Shown: in pieces, positions 57,196-64,000 of the stretch
Layout: each line of letters begins with the position of its first letter
Position numbering within the stretch: position 1 is the stretch's first letter
NCBI RefSeq assembly: GCF_000981445.1
Contig: NC_027219.1
Coordinates: 372,001-436,000 of the forward strand
DNA: 64,000 bases
Source of the DNA: Babesia bigemina
Lineage: Eukaryota
Reading direction: 5' to 3'
The notes under the pieces: generated by a model
Told to the model about the DNA's origin: nothing
What the model saw: the letters and a program-made list of their open reading frames with translations, nothing else
The model's database searches: none
Program-made: the position numbers and the translations under genes

Positions 57196-59085
57196 ATGGT
57201 TCCTTTTACCGCGGTAGCGCCCTCCGGGTAAGGCGGGGCATGGGGACTCGGGTGGACGTGCAGATGTTGGAAGACACTTTCTTCCTCACTTTTGCGTTAT
57301 CCATGGATGCATAGAACACTACAACGGCGGGCGCTGGGCTTTGAAAGCCTTGTGGGCCTCGTGAAATCAATCGCTGCCGACTCGGGTCAGGCCATCCACG
57401 ACGCAGACGGAAGCTCACGGGTTATGAAAAGGCTACAGGCTGTGTTGGATGGAACCGTCGCGCTTGCATTAGATCACCCGTTCCATACACCCGTTATCGC
57501 GCGGCAGTTGGCGAATGTGACATCGAGGATCAACGTGAAGGGAAAACACCGATGTGTAACCTGCGGGGGCACTTGCGATGATATACACGTGGAAATCATA
57601 CGATGTGTGGACCGGGCGCTGCCGTATCTGGCCCCCAAGGGAATCACGCAACTCATGGCGTTGTACTTGCCCTGCCGCAACCCGCATATGCAAGGCACGC
57701 TGCGCAACATAGAACTGAGAGGCGCGTTTATCATGTTTTGCGCGATAATCGCAAATGCCGAAAATAAGGCCGAAATCGCGTCTGAGGTGGCAAACAGATT
57801 GCGAAGGTCGTACAACGGCTGCATGCCATCGAGCAACGGTGATGAGGCATTCGCAAAATTCCTCAACTTAGGCGACTTAGACGGGTGCCACAACGCTGGT
57901 GAATGTCTTGAAATGCCCCAATACGAAGTGACAATACGGGACGTATGTGAGGCTGTTTGCGCCGTCAGTGAAGAGAGTCATAATAGCGACCTACTGCTAT
58001 ACCTCACGCATCTCAGATTACAACAGATAGACATCGACACTATCAAACCCAATGAAGTCAAAACTGTTTGCAGGATATTGCACGCTCTGAGCAAGCGCGG
58101 ATACCGCGTGGAGTACAACAGTAAGTTGGCAAGCAGCATATGCGAAAAACACGCTCGCTCGATGAATGCCAAAGACATATCCTGCATTTTTCAGGCAGTA
58201 CAATTCCGAGATGAGGCTGCGCTTGTTCCGCTCTTAAGGCGAATAGAGGCCATCCTGAGCAAAAAAACACGACAGAATGCAGTTGACGTCAAGTCGGTCT
58301 CCGTCCTCATCACGACTATAGCGAGCATCGCGCACCCGGGAAATGTTGAGTGCCTTCATACACTCAAAAGGTGCGCAGAAGCAATTATAGGTGACGTCAA
58401 GCGAGATGCTGCAATAATCGGGCGACCTGAAACATTCACGGCCGTGGTCATGGCACTGGAGAAGCTGCAAGCTTTCAGGTGCAACCAGGGCATAAACCGA
58501 TGTTTCGGGACTATGATAGGCTACATGTTACATAATCGGCAACTTTGGGTGGCGATCAAGCGAACATATGACCTCAACCAATTGCTTGCCATTCTTGCGG
58601 CTATCCGGACACGAGCTAAAGGCGATGATCACACTCGGCACAAGCCTACACCGAATGTTTTTGTTGGAGAAGTATCAGAACTTGTGCTTATATCTGGATT
58701 GGAAACGGCGATAAAGCGCCTGTCAGACCTGTACGTGGCAGGCCTAGCTATGATTAATTCTCGCGCGGAGGGTGTCGACAATACGCTGATAAGAAACCTC
58801 TGCCATTTTCTGGCAATATACCGGGAGCATGACCTATGCGAAATCCGAAGACTTGATGAAGAGTTTAATCGTGAACTTCTTCACACGTTACGCCGTAGGC
58901 ACGACTGCATGACGCCAGTAGATGTCATCGAGCTTGTGCTCTATCTTATGACAGTGGATCCACAGGGTGCAAATTTGGCAACGATGCAAGCAGCCGCAAT
59001 AAAAAGAGCAGAGACAGACTCCAACGTAGACGAACGACAATGGGCACGGATACGCAGACTCGTTTCTCATTGTAAGCAGAAATAA
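57196..59085 (+). CDS. Hypothetical helical protein, possibly mitochondrial, 2 exons
   Basis: ATG 57196 plus 36-nt intron 57228-57263 joins in frame to the 597-codon ORF; presequence-like N-terminus. Confidence 0.7.
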
Positions 59086-59117
59086 ACAGCATACACATGC
59101 AACTATAGAAACGCGCA

Positions 59118-59599
59118 TTAGCTCTTTATGTTACGCCCCTGAATAGGGTAGCTGAAAAACGGCTCAGAAACTTCCTTGATAACCTTGGCGCAAGTTTGCT
59201 GAAGCTTTCCCGTGTAGGTGTCGCGCAATTTGTCGAAAAGCTTGGCACCGGCGAGAGGTGTGCGATGGCACTTGTCCGGGTTCTCGTATGCCTCTATCAA
59301 GTGATAGCCATCCAGCCTAAACACCAATTATCTCACGGAGAGAACGCAAACGGACTTGTACTCCATGTAGTTGCGATGCTTCATAGGCACATAGTCGTTG
59401 TGCAACTCGACGTCATCGCGAGCGTGCTTGTACATCTCGTCAATCGCGGAACGATCTATTTCGACCACCTTGCGATCTTTGCCTGTACGGTAGTCTAAAG
59501 TGGAGAGTCAGAAAACCTGCCTACGCGGATGCGCTGGATGCCGGTCTTGCCGTACAGCAGCGAAACGGCTGGATTCCGCTTCGGCAAGAGATTCAACAT
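59118..59599 (-). CDS. Apicomplexan-specific ATP synthase-associated subunit (resembles a Toxoplasma ATPTG subunit, ATPTG12 by recollection), 3 exons
   Basis: Spliced MLNLLPKRNPAVSLLYGKTGIQRIRVG|KDRKVVEI...HNDYVPMK..YK|LDGYHLIEA...FSYPIQGRNIKS; introns 59483-59520 (GC-AG) and 59317-59355. Confidence 0.72.
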
Positions 59600-59945
59600 C
59601 GTTCCTAAATAGTAGCCACACGTACGGTGTGATTAACGTGGCTAATATCTATTGCTATGTGGCTCCTCCCTCGGCTTACGCGGGTCTGCACGCTACACTC
59701 CATGAGCAGCTCGGGCAAAAGGAGACACACACACACAATTACATTGGGTCGGATAAATACTTCTGCTATCTGACATTAACAATGGGTGGTTGTTTGGTAG
59801 CATCAGGAGGTCTGGCCATCCTCTAGACGTATGCCTGCGCTTGCATCCAATGTGTCATTAACGCAGCAGTAACGTACAGGAGCCACGCCAACCATTCAGT
59901 ACGATTCTGAAGCGCTATCAATACAAATCCTATCCGATGAATTCT

Positions 59946-60735
59946 TCAGAAGAAGGTGTCACCCTGCTCCAATAAAGGAAGCTCGCTGTTCGCCTTGATC
60001 TGCTTATCAATGTTCTCGAAAAACTCGTTCATGCTGCTGTGGAACTTCTCAGAAAGCTGCAACATGGTGTTATTGTGGAAAACAATCATGGAATTAACAG
60101 CGGCGAACATTTCGCTACGCAGGCCAAAAAGGTCATCACCGAGAAATGCAGTGACCCAAAAAACAGACGTAACTGTGATGCACCACTACATACGCTCAAT
60201 ACATATAAACAGACAGATTTCTGCGCGATAAAGATACTGGAATACAGTACTGCTTTACACCTTTAACACCAGACGAAATACTCACCCTATTTAAAAAGTC
60301 GCTAATGACGTCCAAAGCGCAAACTGGAGCATCAGACTTCTCGGTGTGCGTTGGCAGGCTGCCCATCAGCAGAGGCTTACGCTCTTGCTTCACAGAATCC
60401 TTGCTGTCGACCTGTTTGGAGGTCGTAATGTCGGCGATGCGGGTGCTTGTCGCAGATCCAGTGCCATCAGCTTCTACATGATGATAGTCGCCCTCATCAT
60501 CATCATCGTCCTCATCGTCTTCTTCGTCGCTGTCCATGCGAGATACATTAGACGGCGCTGCAACCAATCGAGCCATATCGTTTTGTAGGTACTTCCTCCT
60601 AGACACGCCAGAAAGCTCACGAAGAGGTATTGCAGCATTCTTATGGTCGATGAATGAGTCGATGTCGCAGGCGGCAGGGGTGCACAGCAGCGCCGCTAGG
60701 ATGCTGAAGACAAGGTAGTAGACGTGGAAGGTCAT
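59946..60735 (-). CDS. Hypothetical signal-peptide protein with acidic tract and C-terminal hydrophobic segment, multi-exon
   Basis: MTFHVYYLVFSILAALLCTPAAC, poly-D/E tract, donor after DFLNR; downstream exon(s) read ...SVFWVTAFLGDDLFG...EQGDTFF*. Internal boundaries are uncertain. Confidence 0.6.
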
Positions 60736-62124
60736 TGTAGCGAGGCAAACTATGCAACTTCCGCGATGTAGTAATATTTAATTTCTATGCAGATTTCAAA
60801 CAACTCGGCGTGTACACACCAATAACCGCAGCGAGTCGCTAGGCAAGATTCGCTATGGAATCACACCATGAGAGAAGAAGCAGCTCCTGATCAGTAACAG
60901 CGGATTCCTCTAATAACAGCAGTTTTTTATTCATATGAATGATATTAGGTATTCAAAATGCTCTGGTATACGCTCAATTTCGCTTTTTGAACGGAGGCTA
61001 GACAGTGGAATCCCAGACCAGCGTGTGGGGAATGATAAGGCGAATAATATGCGACGCAACCGCCACAAAACCCATACACATGAACTAGAATGCCATTTCG
61101 TAAACTGAGCCGCTATCTGCGGCGGTAATGGCAGGTCAGCGCAAAAGGGAGACTTGCCAGCGCCACAGTAGCACGTCACCATTATGTCCATAAAACAAAA
61201 CCGCGGCGTTGCATACATATCCTTAGTGTGTAATGTGTGGTAACGTAAGGTGGCGTGGGACTTCTCTAAATCGCGCGGTTCTAGCGTATGATCAACGGTT
61301 ATAACGGAATCACCAACCTCCTCCATGGTATGGGCTATGAGATGGCAACACACACAACGGTTCGTCATTATGATATTCGGTAAAAACGATAGAATGACAC
61401 AACCAGCGCGTCGCACGAGTTGCGTACAGATTGGACACCGCGCCGCGCGTAAGCTGCACATGCCAAAGTGCAAATAGCATTCATTCAATAACAAAAGCAT
61501 CCCTGCTCGTGTTTACGTCGCGGGATAGGCGCAAGAGGGATACCGGGTGGGCTCGCAAGCGGTGAACGTGACGACACACGTGGTTATAAATCACGTAAAT
61601 TTTGCAACAGCAACTGCAGTTTTGTATGCTGCACATCGGGCATGTGTGAACCGAATCATAGGCAGCAGTCTCGTGAGCGGCGACCACGTCCTTGCACTGG
61701 CGTATATGCGCCAGTTACCAGGTGCACCCTTCACCGCAAGTGCTCGCAAGCCAGAATCAGCTGTACGCCGCTCTTTTATTTTTAGCATAATAAAATATTA
61801 AAACGAATTATCCTGTCGACTGCCTGCGAGTAATTAGGTTGGTCTAGTGCTGGTGAGTTGCCTTGTAACGGACAGCAGAGTGTGTCGCTTTCCGCCTTCA
61901 CCTCACGAATGCGTGGCTTTGGTAACCCTCATCATGCACGCAAGGCAAATCGAAGGTGATACATGCGGTCGTAATAGAGATTGTGTATACGTGTGCAGTG
62001 ATACAACCTAGTTCCATGTTTACTATGTGGTGTCTAGGGTCCACACAATAGATGAACATACACCAGTGAATGTGATGTTACAACGGATAGCCATTATTTG
62101 ACGCGTCTGTAATCTCAATGCAGG

Positions 62125-64000
62125 ATGTCATCATGTCATAGTGGGGATAACAAGCTCCATTCGTCTCACGGGGTAACTGGAATTCACGTCACTGATATAA
62201 TGGACGTAACTAAGTCCAGTGACACAGAGAGCACATGCACGAACCCAGACCTGGTTCAGAGATATGCCGAACAGCTATTTACACTGGACAAAAAGCCGGA
62301 ATCGTTGTACGAGTGCCCCACTTCCGCGTGTTCAATTGCATCCGTCGGCGCCCAGCAAGATGCGTACGGCACCCTGAACTCAGCAATATTCAATACCCAG
62401 AGTCTCGATAGCTCGGATGAAGAGCCTCCAGTAGCCCCGGAACCGTACTACTCTAAGGAAACGCCTTCCATTGAAAGAGCTACTAATCTGACAACACCAT
62501 CTAAGGAAATAGGATCTCCAGTATTCACTTATCAACAGGCAGTGGGAGGTTATTTCGCCGGTTCGCCTGGAACTCTTTTGGTGGGCTCAGGGACACTGTC
62601 TGAAAGGCCGAAGAATTTCATAGCGGAATCAACGATGGGTGATGCGACGCCACTCAGGCAAGACATTACGGAGCCTGCAACAGTAGTTATGACGCCATGT
62701 TCGTCACCATATGGGGCTGTAGGAGCAACTATATTAAGTCCAAATGTATCGGAGAGAAACATAGGGACCGAATCGCCCCTCGCAAGGGAGTGTCACACGC
62801 CAATGGGCGTACAACAAGGCACTCCCCTGTCGCGTATTAGTGCGTCAACATCCCCAGCCGTAAAGGATTATTCGCGTGCTGTGGAATGTAGCAATAACTC
62901 CGAAACATCGTTTGTACACGAGGGTTACGACACTGTACAGATACCCAGATATCGGCCCGTGGAAGTTGTAGACAAGGTCGTGGAGGTGCCAGTTGTACAT
63001 CATGTAGATACGTATGTGCCCAAAAAAGAAATTCAAGAAATTGAAAGTTTCGTGAAGAAGCCGTACACCAAATACGTTGACAAATTCATAGAGGTGCCTG
63101 AGGTGCATTACAGCGATAGGATAGTAGAGGTGCCCGAGTACCACGAAATAACTAAAACAGTTACCAAAGTAGAAGTACAGGAACGTATCAAGTATGTGCC
63201 CAAGGTAGAAGTGAAAGTCGTGCCCAAGTATGTGGAAGTCCCTGTTATAAAGATTGTCGATCGATACGAGGAATACGAAGAGGTAAGCTTAAGTCAACAT
63301 CTTAACACAGTTTTCAGGTGGAGGAAGTTATCAAGGAGGTTGAAAAGGTCGAAATCGTCGATGTTCCGAGGGAGGTTGTGAAGCACGTAGTAAAACCGGT
63401 GAAGAAAATCATAGAGCAGGAACGCATAATACCTGTAAATAAGGTAAGACAAAATGTCTCATGTTCACATGTCGTCTTCAGCATCGCGACGTACCTGTGG
63501 AAAAGGTTAAATTTGTCCCTAAAATCGAAACAGTCGAAGTCATCAGGGAGGTGCCCAAAATTATCGACGTTCCAGTGCCTTACAATGTCCACAAAATCGA
63601 ATATGTAGATAAGCCGTATATCGTTCCGGAATACCGCGATGTCCAAGTAGGGGTTCCAGTCAGAAAGAGGGTGACGCCAATATACCGCTACGAAGGAGAA
63701 CCTGAAATCATTGACCTACCGGTGCACAAGCCCTACTTCGTTATACACGATCATATTACTTTCAAACCGGCTGCACAGCCAATTTCAGAAAAAATCAAAG
63801 TCGTGGGATCCCGTCCCATCGACCTGAATACGCTAACTACAGAGGATAGAGTAGATGCGCAAGAACGGATGCACAACGCAGTCAATCAGAGGCCATTAGA
63901 GCCTCACGATGAACGTCAAGAGATGCATCATCTGAGCACGCAACTTCCTATGGACATCCCAAACGCTCGACAATTAGACCAATATGGTACGCAGCCCAGA
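62125..64000 (+). CDS. Alveolin / inner membrane complex IMC1-family protein (3'-truncated by window)
   Basis: Val/Pro-rich alveolin repeats (EVVDKVVEVPVV, DRIVEVPE, KYVEVPV); introns 63283-63317 and 63444-63481. Confidence 0.93.

Noticed and set aside
60931..61801. ORFs in the gap upstream of the alveolin gene
   Set aside because: Non-ATG starts, atypical composition and no motifs; more likely promoter/UTR sequence.
1..64000. Mobile elements, CRISPR arrays or prokaryotic operons
   Set aside because: No transposase/RT/integrase motifs, terminal repeats or repeat-spacer arrays seen; the sequence is intron-containing eukaryotic DNA.

Overview
Eukaryotic, gene-dense nuclear DNA from an apicomplexan, most likely a piroplasm of the genus Babesia. 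This is inferred from the alveolin/IMC1 gene, bipartite apicoplast-type leaders, an apicomplexan-type divergent RNR R2, moderately high GC and many ~33-40-nt spliceosomal introns. I can support about 38 protein genes; most are spliced, so the ORF track fragments or misses them. There is also one tRNA-Lys(TTT) and an intronic U15/SNORD15-like snoRNA in RPL17. No transposon or CRISPR array was seen. The most interesting signals are: (1) a strongly folded, strand-polarised ~150-nt non-coding element at ~1540-1690 ending in a U-tract/Sm-like site that matches no RNA I recognise; (2) several proteins that have lost their defining residues: an apicoplast-type ACP with the phosphopantetheine Ser replaced by Asn, an organellar IF2 lacking the switch-II His and the C-terminal fMet-tRNA domain, an RNR R2 lacking the radical Tyr and two iron ligands, and a CZIB lacking both CxxC motifs; (3) three ~180-190-nt structured introns (two in NOG2, one in the lipoate ligase) that may host ncRNAs; (4) genes essentially invisible in the ORF track (RRP15-like, RPA43-like, and an ATP-synthase-associated subunit that needs a GC-AG intron); (5) an intronless block with two secreted orphan proteins flanking a sphingomyelinase-like gene. 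All family calls come from motif recognition by eye. No searches or folding programs were run, and exon boundaries are manual predictions.
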